A stretch of DNA of 64,000 nucleotides, from NCBI GenBank assembly GCA_038496445.1, contig JALMLS010000334.1:1-64000 (forward strand), in the 5' to 3' direction. The notes below the pieces were generated by a model. The model did not search any database. It was not told where the DNA came from and saw only the letters and a list, made by a program, of their open reading frames with translations. Positions within the stretch are counted from its first letter, which is position 1; each line of letters begins with the position of its first letter. This DNA is from Trichosphaerium sp. ATCC 40318 (lineage: Eukaryota > Protista > Tubulinea). Positions 1 to 11,243 of this stretch are shown piece by piece. A program made the translations under genes and the position numbers.

Positions 1-167
1 TTGCAACTTGTGATATTGAAGAAGGTCAAGAGTTGTTTATTTCTTATATAGACACAGATTTAGATGTTGATGAACGTCAAGAATTATTAGAAAAGCCTTA
101 CGGATTTATATGTAATTGTGAAAAATGTAAAAAAGAAATGGAACAAAACGAAGAAAAAAGTGAATAA
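1..167 (+). CDS. 3' end of a SMYD-type SET-domain methyltransferase (partial, runs off the window)
   Basis: Translates ATCDIEEGQELFISYIDTDLDVDERQELLEKPYGFICNCEKCKKE..*, matching the SET C-terminal GEELxISY motif and the post-SET FxCxCxxC motif. Confidence 0.85.
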   Translation, partial: ATCDIEEGQELFISYIDTDLDVDERQELLEKPYGFICNCEKCKKEMEQNEEKSE

Positions 168-315
168 AAGACCTTATCAATTTGACTATTATTATTTCAC
201 GTACTGATACTTTATAAACATAATAAGCTAGTAGCAAAAAAAACATACTACCGGCCAAAGGAGTCGTCATGAAAAATCACAAGAAAAAAAAAACTGTCAC
301 AAATATATTAGGAGG

Positions 316-1240
316 TTATTTTCCTGTCCCTGTGAGAAGCAATTCCGTTGCAATTTCTTGTAAAAAACCTTTGGGAGTAAGGGTTCCGTCTTGACACTTA
401 TACAGAATAAAAGCAGTTGTGAGGGTGTAGTAAAACCAACCAACAAGAAGTGTCATGTTCCATTTTTTGAACCGCCTATCTGTACAATAGGACTTGACCA
501 GCTGGCCAAATTGATCACTATTTCCCTTGGTGTCATCATTTTTATTTTTGAACATATCTTTTATTGCTACTGTCAAATGAACTTTTGTCATCATGCACAC
601 AGTAGAGAGTGGTGGCCAACTTTACGATTTCATTGCTATTTGTTGCAACAGCAACAGTTTTGTCCAATGGTGCCAATCTTGTGTATCCCACAGGCACTTT
701 TTTTGCAATTGATTGCTGCAAGGCCACTGACAGTGGTTGGTATTACATGATGAAGTAGCGTCTAAGTCAAATTCCCCCGGCTTGTTGAGATCCATGGCTG
801 AACAAAAATTAGAGTCACATGTAAAAAAATGGCACCTTCCAATTGTTTTCGACCATTTTGCACATGAAAGAAGGATTCATTTGGTGTGAGATGAGGCTAT
901 ATCAAAGTATTGATAAAGTCAATCAGATACCTAGTTCGAATCATCGAGACACTTCAATTCTATGGCCCATTTCGTATGGTTTCTTAGTGTTGTGCGTTTT
1001 TATATGGTAATTGCTTTATGATGGAATATTGATTTCTCAGCACAAGTGAGATAACCTGGGACCATGTGGGCTTGAAGACAATCACTAGAAATGAATGTAC
1101 ATGTTAAATCAAATTTCATCTTGGCAACATCTTGAATACTGATTAATACAACAAACCTGTTTCCCAGTAAAAAAAATTTGTCTCACCTGTGCTCCACAAT
1201 GTGCGAATTTTCTGTATTCCAATAATCCCATGCCATATCA
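316..1240 (-). mobile_element. Degenerate piggyBac-like DDD transposase remnant
   Basis: Minus-strand fragments occur in piggyBac order: DYWNT, LGNRF, PGYLTCAE (PG..L.VDE), KKPYEMGHRI (KPxKYGxK), FTCDSNFCS (DNxFTS), KGNSDQFGQLVKSY..RRFKKW...AFILYK (GGVD..DQ...Y...R..KW). Frameshifts and stops are present; no clear TIRs. Confidence 0.7.
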
Positions 1241-1281
1241 CTTGCCATAGAAGTTTTTCTTGGGTTTGCTCTGTTTTTTAG

Positions 1282-1800
1282 GTCAGTGTGATGTTGTTCC
1301 ATCACCTCTGGCACCATATTTTGATGAAAATAAGGATGATAAGAATGTCAACGAAGTACTTGAATACCTAGCAAAGATGTACTCTGAAAACTTTGATGTT
1401 GATGATCCAGAAACTCAAATTGCTTTCGAGTTTCCAGAACTAAGAGGTGCAGTTCTTTGTGCTATTCAAGGTAGTATGAACCACTCATGCAGGTATCCAA
1501 ACATAACGCTATAACCTTTTAAAACTTATAATGAACCTAGTCCTAACTGTCAAGTTTTCAAAGATCATAAGACATATCATGGAGATACTTTAGTTTTTGC
1601 AACTTGTGATATTGAAGAAGGTACAGTTGGATTCTTATGTTTGATGTTGATGAACACAGCAATTATTAGGGCGTTTGTCATAATAATTGGAAAAGCCACG
1701 GCGTTGTGGAACAAAACGGAGAAAAAAGTAATAAAAGATTATGAAATTGACAATTTTTGGGTTTACAAAAGTTGACTTTTAGATAAAAAACATACTACCG
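1282..1800 (+). pseudogene. Partial tandem duplicate of the SMYD gene, decayed at its 3' end
   Basis: Spliced over intron 1493-1540 it reads GSMNHSCSPNC. Bases 1597-1800 resemble 1-252 (ttgcaacttgtgatattgaagaagg...aaaaaacatactaccgg) but with deletions that remove ELFISY and the post-SET cysteines. Confidence 0.7.
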
Positions 1801-2211
1801 GGGTGCTATTCTATAACGGCCAAGCTAAAAATCCTTTTTTTTTCTTATTATAACAAGCACTCCTTTCTTTTCACTAACCTTGCATTGTATGCTATTGCTT
1901 TTGAGCTTATATTTTGGTCTTATCGGCCCAGCTGATTAAAATACGGTAAGATCCATCACTACAAGCTCTTGCTAGTTTCGTAACCTCATTTTTTACCTTA
2001 AATAGATAAGGGTTAAAAAGTTTGGTTGGAAACAAAAGTTAGTTGTTGTGGGTTGTCGAGGCAATCGATTGGAGGGTAAACGATTAAACTACCCATAGAT
2101 TTTGTGCTAGAATGCTTAGCAAACCAGGAATGTAGATTTTATTTACTGCCTGATTTGAAAGGTGTATTTATTTCTGTGGTCAAAATCTGTTTATTTATAT
2201 TGTTACCCAAC

Positions 2212-3134
2212 ATGATACTGACACGTGTGTCCGTAATAGTTCTTTTTTTTGCGAGCTTGGTGACAAGCGAGTACTTAGTTTGGACATCCTGGCGTACAAA
2301 TAAGGATTTTATTATTCTATTGGCGTTAACACCAATCTCGTAGACGGACGTGAATGTATCAGAGAGGAAAGCGAAAAACTTGTTAGAGCTAACCAATGTA
2401 GAAAATTAGCACCAGGCCTTTACGTTCGGTACGTAAACTCAATCGCATAACGATTAATAACTGTCTGCTGTACTGTAGGCCCATTATTCGCTCTGATACT
2501 GAGCTCGAACTAGAATATTCTGATTCTTGCACCGGCCCTAGAAGTTCCTCACGCACGTGATTGTTATCCAAAATAATAGTTTATTGCTTCGTAGAAATAT
2601 ACACAAACGGGGTGTGTCTCGAACCTGAAGGCTACTCATTCTCTTTCAGGGCCAATCTTAAACGATACAATAACAGTTTGCTTAAAAGTCGTACGACCAT
2701 CATACCACCCCACAACGCTTAAATTAATTATAGACTATCCGAACTCAACCTGTAAATCGTTTAGTTTTCGTACCTTATCTGTGTTAAACTATTGCTATCA
2801 TCGCTCTATCGATGCTTATGCAAAGTTAAACGTGACTGGAAACACCACAACTGAGTATCAATATACTGACGAGGATTGTACCGTTCCTTTCAGAATACCA
2901 ACACCAGCTCCCTTGCACCAATGCTATAATGCCTCAAGTCAATTTTATTTAGAATTTGTCACCTACGAATTATTCGATCACACAAACCTTCCACCACCTA
3001 CACCGGCCCCCACAAGTATTGTGAACCCTCCCTTTACCACGCCTTCCATAGCCAGTAACACGTTCCTCCTGGTGCCATATGTGGTGCTGTCTCTTTCATT
3101 TTGCGTTGCAATTCACAATATGATGTTATTTTAA
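2212..3134 (+). CDS. Secreted/surface Cys-containing protein with Pro/Thr stalk and hydrophobic C-terminus (GPI-like or TM anchor); 4 introns, one GC-AG
   Basis: Signal peptide MILTRVSVIVLFFASLVTS, continuous frame after splicing, PPPTPAPT stalk, C-terminal FLLVPYVVLSLSFCVAI. Confidence 0.65.
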
Positions 3135-3779
3135 ATAAATGAGTATGCGGATTGGTAGCCTCTCCGCAACTTCCTTTTACTTTTTACGTATAGAGTTGTA
3201 TCAGACTACACGCTCACTTTGTGACTTAACATTTACTTCTCTTGAAAGAATAAGACCATGACTAAATGTATGCCGTGTCGAATTTCACTTGGTAAGTTTA
3301 ATCAAGTTTGTATTCCAAAACATGCTGTACAAAAATGGAAAAGACTTTTCTGTTTGTTATCACTAGGTACCACGTGGATGTTGCTTTCATCATTTGGTTA
3401 TCACGTGCTTATTTACTAGTATCAATATCAATAGTGTTTATTCTTGACATTCAAAAAGAGTAAACTGGCAGCTTTCTAACTCGTTGCTGCCAAAAGGATA
3501 GATTTCAGCCGAAATTTTGTACGTTAGGCATGTATTATTTTTTTTTTTAGAATAAGAGGCAGCGCGCTAGCACCTACTTTATTACATATAGGGTTTACAT
3601 GGAAGATGGCTTACAGAATTATCATGCGTGTATAGAAAGTTACAGGAGGACGCCATGTCATGTGAAAGGAACCAATCGTACAGATGAAAATAAAACCTTC
3701 AGTAAAAATAGTTTACACAAAAATGTCACCAACTTTGTACAATTTCTTTTCTTTTACCCATTTTAAAAAACCAACCTAA

Positions 3780-4100
3780 AAGTACAGCGTATCCATTTAT
3801 TCTATTGATGGTCAGCAATTTACTTGTGGTGATTCATGGACAATTGTTGCTACCCGTTTTAAATACTGCATTACTCAAGTGCATATAGAGGTTGGTTGTG
3901 GTCCGTTCCCGGCTACGCCAGCAAAAAGTGGGGTATTGCGTGGTAACCTGGATGTGTCTCACTTATGTGGCGTGTGTTCATGTTTGGAGTTGTTGAAAAA
4001 AAAAAACAATCTGACCTTACTATTCTTCATCGACATCTAGTTTCATACCTGCTAATACATCCATTGTTTGAGTTACAAGCACGTTCGATGTCCACAGACG
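3780..4100 (+). pseudogene. HNH/His-Me finger endonuclease-like remnant
   Basis: TQVHIEVGCGPFP...NLDVSHLCG followed, after a putative intron, by FHTC*. This resembles HRV..E..GPIP...L.VSHLC....C of HNH/His-Cys-box nucleases. Stops lie on both sides. Confidence 0.4.
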
Positions 4101-4468
4101 TAGAAATAGTGAAGAAGTCAAAAATTCGGCACACTAGGAAAGCCCTTTACGGGGCTTTTGGGGGGCATAGCCTAGCGGCGACTGAGCGCCATAACCCAGT
4201 TGTCTCCCTTTGTGGCGAACAGTTCAATATCACTTCAACATTTTTTCGACATTTTAGTACACACCTTATTTAGGGACTTGAAGTTTTCCCGTAGATTGGG
4301 TAGCGACGAAATCGCTTTGTTTTACTTCCGCCACGTGAACATAAAAATGATCACCTGTTTTCGTCACTGTCGGCAGTTTTGGGCCATTTTCTCCAGAAAT
4401 CTACAAACTCTTTTGGGTCTTTTGTAACATGAAAAACAGTATTAGGTAATAAGCTACGCGTAATAGTG

Positions 4469-4660
4469 TGGAAACGGGAAACAGTTTGTGTAAAAAAAAA
4501 AAATTTGATAAAAAAACTAAGAGACTGATCATTCATTATTCAACAACATCAATCCCTAAAACAACAACTCAACAACAAACAGAAAAAACCATAAAATGGA
4601 TATCCTTACAGCTCTCAGAAACGCAGCAGACAAAGCCGAAGTCAATGATGATCAAAAAAC
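4469..4660. repeat. Left arm of a roughly 190-bp inverted repeat (promoter, 5' UTR and first codons of Spy-like copy A)
   Basis: Near-identical to the reverse complement of 19380-19574, e.g. taagagactgatcattcattattcaacaacatcaatcc and ATGGATATCCTTACA.CTCTCAGAAACGCAGCAGACAAAGCCGAAGTCA. Confidence 0.9.
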
Positions 4661-5512
4661 TCAAATCAATGCCATACTAAAAGATGCTCTTGCAGATGCC
4701 GAAAAACATATATCAGAAGCTGTCGAAAAGCTTGAAGGTACTAAAAGAAATCCCACCATATCCACTTGTGTTTTATTGACGTGGTTTCTTTCTCAGAGGT
4801 CAAAGCTATCGCTGGTGCCAAGAAAATTGGATGGAGTAAAATTGGTAAAGAGGAAGGTTCAAATGGAACAAGCCAGAGAAGTAAGTTATCCCTAAAACAC
4901 GACAATAGGACTCAAGTTGCTAGGCTGCAGACGCTCGTAACGAGGAAATACTAGACAAAATCGAAGGTATTCTCACTGTCAAACAATGTGTACGTGTTTA
5001 TCTTGTTTTACTAAACAAAAATACTGTTTACTAACACGTGTTGCGTACAGGCAAAACTTGTTATTTGCATTGGTGAGCAAATACGTGATAAAAAAGACGC
5101 CGGCCCATCTGGTGCTATGATGTATGCTATTAAAGCTGTTGAGTCCGAGTTAGAGCTAAAAGAGAAGCAACAAAAGAAGAAAGATAAATTCTTGGAGGTA
5201 ATGAAAAAACCAGCTTAGTAAACTCGTCCTAACAGTTTCTTTCAGTTTGTTTCTGCGAAGCAGACAGAAGCCCGTGATCACTTTGCTCCTATGATGGATT
5301 CTCTCAAAGAAGCAGTTGAGAAGGATGACCTGGCTACTGCTGAAGAAATCCTTGGAAAGATCAAGGCGTCTGTGAAGGAAATGAAGAAAACTCGCAAGGC
5401 AACCTTGGATGAAATGAAATCAACCTTTGAGCTAGAGCAAATAGCTGTTATCATGCTCAACCTCATGAACAAGCGATACACAATCGTAAAAACAGCCCTT
5501 GCTGCTATTTGA
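4596..5512 (+). CDS. Helical Spy/CpxP-like repeat protein, copy A (apparent 2-nt frameshift near 4835)
   Basis: Five exons colinear with the paralog at 18518-19446. LTxxQ-like motifs VNDDQK, LTVKQ, LKEKQ, FELEQ. Confidence 0.6.
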
Positions 5513-5776
5513 GGACATATGCATATGTACTATCCCAAAAAAAGTTAATAAACAACCTTCAATGTCAATTTACATTTCCGTTTACAAGTTAGTGAAAATC
5601 TACAAGATAACGTGGATATTCAGTAAATTATAATACTATTCATTGATGTACCTACTTTCTTTGCGTACTTGTCACTTTAGTTATCATATTTTGTCTGGCT
5701 AGTGAGTGGAGCATGTGAAACTTCCTTTTAGTTCTTGCTCCAACAAAAACTCGAGTGACTTCGAGATAGTATTTAT

Positions 5777-6313
5777 TTAATTGCCTACAAGTCTCTTCAT
5801 GTGTTTCTTATGATCTCCATCAAGCTCATCGACCTCAGCATCAAATTCCTTATATAAAGCAGCTATCTTCAAAAGAGGTTCCAAACCAACACCATGAGGC
5901 GCACAAATATCATACATCTCATTCATAAACTGTACTTCTTTAAGTATTTCACTTTCAGAAACACCTCCAAGAGCTGCGATGGCTTTAATTTTAGCACCTT
6001 CAGCAGTTACTACATCCTTTGTTTCTTGACTGAGGTCAAACCCAGGAAATGAATTTAGGCCGTCCTGGGTCCATTTCAAGTAGGTGCTGCTTGGGACATT
6101 GTTCTCATCGAACAAAGAACGGATTGTAAAAGCACTAACTACTATCGCTCCTAAATTCTGAAAGGAGGTGCGTTCATTGTCAATATTCCCTACTTCATCG
6201 TGAAGATGCATCATAGAAACTACTTCCTCGTCAGTAAATCCAAGGCTTGTGTGGAGCTGTCGGAGTTCTAGAATAAGCTCATCTAAGCGCGGTGTTGTTG
6301 GTAATGTGGTCAT
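5777..6313 (-). CDS. Unknown helical protein, 178-aa uninterrupted exon
   Basis: Long stop-free ORF with protein-like composition. The ATG follows an acceptor-like ttcttag, so a 5' exon (6364-6561) may exist. Confidence 0.55.
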   Translation of the reverse strand: MTTLPTTPRLDELILELRQLHTSLGFTDEEVVSMMHLHDEVGNIDNERTSFQNLGAIVVSAFTIRSLFDENNVPSSTYLKWTQDGLNSFPGFDLSQETKDVVTAEGAKIKAIAALGGVSESEILKEVQFMNEMYDICAPHGVGLEPLLKIAALYKEFDAEVDELDGDHKKHMKRLVGN

Positions 6314-7175
6314 CTAAGAAAATTCGTTATGTTTATTGGTTTATAAGCAAGGCCACGTGATATTTATGCGTTTTTAGCCGCTTTGAAACCATTCGAATGT
6401 AAAATTTCGGCACTAGTTAGATTTACGTACAGATCAATGATAGTTAGAGGTGTGGCTACTCCGTTTAGGTTATATTGTGTTTGTGTTTGGGCCTTAATGC
6501 TATTGTTAAATTGTGTTAAGTCTTCTTTGTAAGTTGATTTCTTGTGTGTATTGTTCTGCATTCACGGTTGGTGCTACAGCATTATTTAATGAGAAACATG
6601 TCAATAATAATCAATTTTCACTCAGACACGTGCACTTTATCTTTTTTCATGACAAACACAAAAGCAATTCTATTCTTAGCTCCTAACGTGTAAAGTACAT
6701 TGAACTTGACTCCCTAAAAATAACAAGCCAATTGATTCAAGAGTAATCGTACATTGTATATGTTTTGAGGTGGAAACGTTCTCATAGCAAGTGATTAGAA
6801 CTAAAATGGTATTCTGAAAAATCAAACCTTGAAACTCTCAACTTTTGAGACACCACAGCAATCGGAGACAGCCAGTCGAAGCTCCTGAAGTTGTAGCTAA
6901 GGACACAAGTGACGATGCTCCAGCTGTAGAAGGACTTGAGGATGCTGTTGATGAAGGTGAGCCCGAAATCCCATTTCTAAATAGTTTTTGATAATAAAGT
7001 TGCAGCAGAGTTGTGATGAACTAGAGTTGCAATTCAGTGCAACCTTAATGTACAGGATTTATTTACCGACTATGTCGATCAGTTAAGCTATATTACACCC
7101 ACGAGTGATCCCAAAATAAAGATGGGAGTGAAGAGAGGGAAAAGAAGTGAAAAAAAATGTGTTTGAGGAGAAAAA

Positions 7176-9603
7176 CTACTGCGAGGGGCAATTTAATGTG
7201 GCATAGTAATGCTCCGTACTACGTTCGTAGACGACTTTCTAATACAACAAACATTAGAAACGAATAAAAAAAAAAAAAAAGAAACAACCCCACAAAAAAC
7301 GTACTTGCGCCGTTTTATCGATCCTAGTCGTACAGACGCAGAAACTTTACGTATTTCTAACGTTGCTGGTAATGGTTCGCTACGATCAAAACCTCCAGAA
7401 GACCAACACTCAGTATTAGCTGAGCTACTTACATCCAATGTATCAGTAGTTGAACTATCTGAATTTGTAGAGTCTCTACGATAAAGCTGTTTTCTTCTTC
7501 CACCTTTTTACAAAAAACGGTTAAAAACCAATAAAATGACAATACTTGCGGTGCACTTACTGTCTTCGCTTATTGCTTTCGGTAAAGTTCGTGTTTTAGA
7601 AGCCAAGGACGCTCTAGATAAATTATTCTTTATCTGTGGTTTTAATCGTCCCACAGACGAGCTTCGTAGTATCCTTGTTTTTCTTCTTGATTTCTTTCCA
7701 GAAATCTCTTTAAATGTCGAGCCTGTTAAAAAGTTTGTGAGCAATAAATACATTCCATAATACAATAACATACCTCTGGGTTCAATAGCTAATGATGTTT
7801 GGTACTTTTCATCCTCTGTTGATACTTTACAATTGAGTAAATACGTTTGTATTGTCCCCACATCAAAAAAATTGTAGCGTTGCTGCTGCCACTGTCTTAT
7901 TGTACTTATAACGCCTAATAACGTAAATAAAGAGCGAAGGATTAAGCACTAGCTCAACCTGTCATCATGTGGCGTTTTTGAAAGTTAATAACGCCTTTGC
8001 TTTCTAAGCCATTTAGAAAGTCAGAATTGCCTATAGATACAGTACAGCGATTAGTAACAATACAGCAAAAGCACTTTTTTTTTTACCTTCTTCAATGTGT
8101 TGCAGTTCTGTTAAATAAATACCCAAAAATGGGATACTTGGAGGCGCAGCTTGTTTAAGGAGACCGCGTAGAGCATCTTTCTTTACAATTTTTCTCAACT
8201 CTTCAAACTTAACAAACTAAAAACAGAACCATCAATTAAAAACTATCAAAAGCAACTTTTGGATAAAAAAAGAAATCGTCCGCGTACTGTAGATTTGTTG
8301 CTTTTTTTCAATTTCGCCCAAGTATGTTTTAAGCGGTTAACAGGCGATAAATTAATACCAGCAACTACAGCCCATAACGAATTAAAGTTATTCAGTTCAT
8401 ACAACTTCTAGAAAATACACTTAGCGTTAAAAACCCATAGTAGGCGCCAAATATCTAAAAAAAAACGTACCAAGGCTAGTTTAATCATCTTGCATAGAAC
8501 TTTAGTTCGTTGCTTAAAATCGGTCGTTTCGACTATAACAGTACTTGTCCACCCAGAAATCTTCAAAACGACACGTCAGCGCGAACAGAACACGTATTCG
8601 GAATTTTTTACTTACCTGGTTAAAATGAGAAATCATTGTAGACACATTAGGAGCGTCTCTCTCCTTTGTCTCATTCTTATTCCACGATAAGCACTCCCAA
8701 GGTTTTATTTTAACCCACAATTCCCAATCCAAAAGCGTTAATTGCCGTGCTACTTCCTCTGGGTGAAAATCGAGAAGCGCTAGTGGTAATGAGATAAAAA
8801 CAACCCAAAGATAGGTTTTTTTGGTAAAACGTACTTGCTCCCTTGAAAACAGCAGGCATAAATGGTTTTGGTGGTGCACACGGACGTGTGATTGGTTTTT
8901 CTTGAGGCTACGAGGATTTTAGTACACGTTAACCAGAAAAAGAAATTAAATTCTTTAATTTTGTTTTTATCTTTTAGTCTCAAATTACCTCTTCTGCAAC
9001 GCGTTCAAGTAGATTTAGCAATGTAGAAAACCCTCTGCCCATCTTCGGTATTGCGGTGTTGGTTTGCAAAAACTCTTTCATTTTTCGACGCAAGGTAGGG
9101 TCGACACGCCAATCAATGTCGTAGTCGCGTACCCACTTTTGTATGAACGAAACGACACTGCTTGTTGGTTAGTATTAATTTCGAGTTTTCAGAGGTAAAA
9201 AGACAATCTCGTTCTTTCTTTTGCACTAAAGTGCGTTATACGCACCGATGGCGAACTTTAGTTAAAGCTTCATCTTCGCTCCAATTGTCTGGTTCGATGC
9301 GCTCAATGAGTAAATCTAGTAGTCTGTGGGGAGTAGTGAAGGTTCTGTAGCTTGTTTGAAACTCTTTCACAAGCTCTGCTCCCGAATTCAACGAGGTGAT
9401 ATACTTCACCAAACTAAACAAATCGCCGCCCTGAATGGTATTTAGCCACCTGAAGCAAACAAAACGACCTGGAAATAGGCGCATATAATTTTATTACGCT
9501 TTACTCCACGTATCTCGCACATTACCTTGAGTGTGTTGTCCATAAATACAAGCCCATCCTTGTAAAATTCTTTCCAATCGAAGTAATCGACGGCTGTTGC
9601 CAT
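7176..9603 (-). CDS. Ras guanine nucleotide exchange factor (RasGEF_N/REM plus CDC25 domain, Ser-rich tail)
   Basis: KGGDLFSLVKYIT..FQTSYRTFTTP..LL, LDFHPEEVARQLTLLDWELW, LNNFNS, PPSIPFLG, INFQKR; about 11 GT-AG introns. Confidence 0.92.
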
Positions 9604-9776
9604 TAATTACAACCCAAAAAGTACTCTCAAACTCTTATGCGACTATTTTGTGTATTCAATAAAGTGGCAACTTTTGGTCTTTTTTTGGTCTTCAGGTATT
9701 CAAAAAAATTGCATAAAAAACGGCGTTAACGTGTTACAAGCTGGTATTGATTTTCACGGAGTAATTAGTTGGTGTA

Positions 9777-10964
9777 ATGAGCGATTTTGCGCGTCTTGTT
9801 AGCGGTGCAACCGCTGGTCTGGTTGCAAATGTCGTAATGCATCCCTTGGGTGCGATTTGAACGCACGGCTTGACCGCTAACAACGTTTTGTAGATACTGT
9901 AAAGGCGCAAACGCAATTCGCGAACATAGGTACACAATCATCGCCCTGAACGCTTGAATACCTATTTTACACACTAATCATCTATTAGACACACGTCATA
10001 GTACTATCCGTACCCGTGTTACCACAATTCTCCGCCAAGACGGTTTACGCGGGTTTTACAAAGGATTTGGAACTGGTACGTTATCCTGTCGTAGTGTAAT
10101 AACGCCGAATAAGTTTTATTATCTACAATCCCTTCAACTGGCCTATACTTTCTCTCTTATGGAAGGTACCACTATAATATAGCGCCACAGTTATATTAAC
10201 GAATGTTTATTAGGCTGAAGACTTATTTTGGAACGTCACCTCTTGGACTTGGTCTAGCGGGCTTAGGCGCGCAATGTATAGCAGGTACACAAGAAATCTT
10301 CTTCAAATAACGTTAATCCGTGACAGGCCTCATTTTTTGTCCACGTGATATTTTGAAGGAGCGTATGCAAACCAACGTGTTTAATGGAAACGCTTGGAGA
10401 CTTTCTAAACATATATTCGAAACAGAAGGGATAGGTGGGTTTTATAGAGGTTATTGGGCAACAACTGTACTTTGGGGACCATACGCTGCCATTTATTTTA
10501 ACATTTATGAACACTTAAAGATGAATTTTGGTAATCCGGGACAAAACTCTATTGTAAGCCTTTCAATGTTTGGCGTTATTGCTGCAGGTATAGCTGGAGT
10601 TATAACAAATCCTATTGATGTCATAAAGTTAAACTTTCAGGTGTGTATCGTCTCAAAGATTGAACAAGCGGTTAACTTAGTATTTATTAGGTTTTAACAA
10701 AAACTGACGGTTCATCAAATAGTGCTTTTAAAGTTGGTACGAATTGACTCTTTTTTTTATTCTCTATTGTTTTGCTGATTGTCTGTCAAAGCTACAAAAC
10801 TGTGGAGACAACATGGTATCAATTTCTTCTTTAGAGGATCAATTGCACGTGTTTTATGGATAGCACCAAGAACTGCTATATCTTTTGCAATTTGTAAGTT
10901 ATCCGCACTTTTATTTGTTTAACCTAACGCAATACTAGTTGAAAAAGTAATGGAGACATGGTAG
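9777..10964 (+). CDS. Mitochondrial carrier (SLC25) protein
   Basis: Three Px[DE]xx[KR] motifs (HPLDTVKAQ, CPRDILKER, NPIDVIKLN), plus DGLRGFYKG and EGIGGFYRG; 8 introns. Confidence 0.93.
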
Positions 10965-11243
10965 CACGCATAGTGAATCTTTGTACAACAACCACTAAAC
11001 ACTAGATTTTTAAACAAACAAAATATGCCCAAAAATACACCCCTGAACGATTCCTATCAATGTAAAATATTCCCCCCCTTTGTACAGTGTAAAATAAATA
11101 CTGTCTTGTTACTGTAACGACCTGTATCTCGGTGACTCTGATTAATCTCACAACCCGACGGAGAAGATTAAGTCCGACTTGCCTTTTTTCCGTTCAGTCA
11201 GATTTTTTGACACTTTAGAGGGAATGCTGTGAAAGGTGCCAAC

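Noticed and set aside
1493-1540. Possible U12-type intron (GTATCC donor)
   Set aside because: The donor is GTATCCAA rather than GTATCCTT, and there is no convincing TCCTTAAC branch site.
11157-11190. U6 snRNA-like acggagaagatta (ACAGAGA-box look-alike that could pair with GTACGT donors)
   Set aside because: It lacks the AGC triad, the internal stem-loop and the U6 5' stem, and lies in the MON2 promoter/5' UTR. Likely chance.
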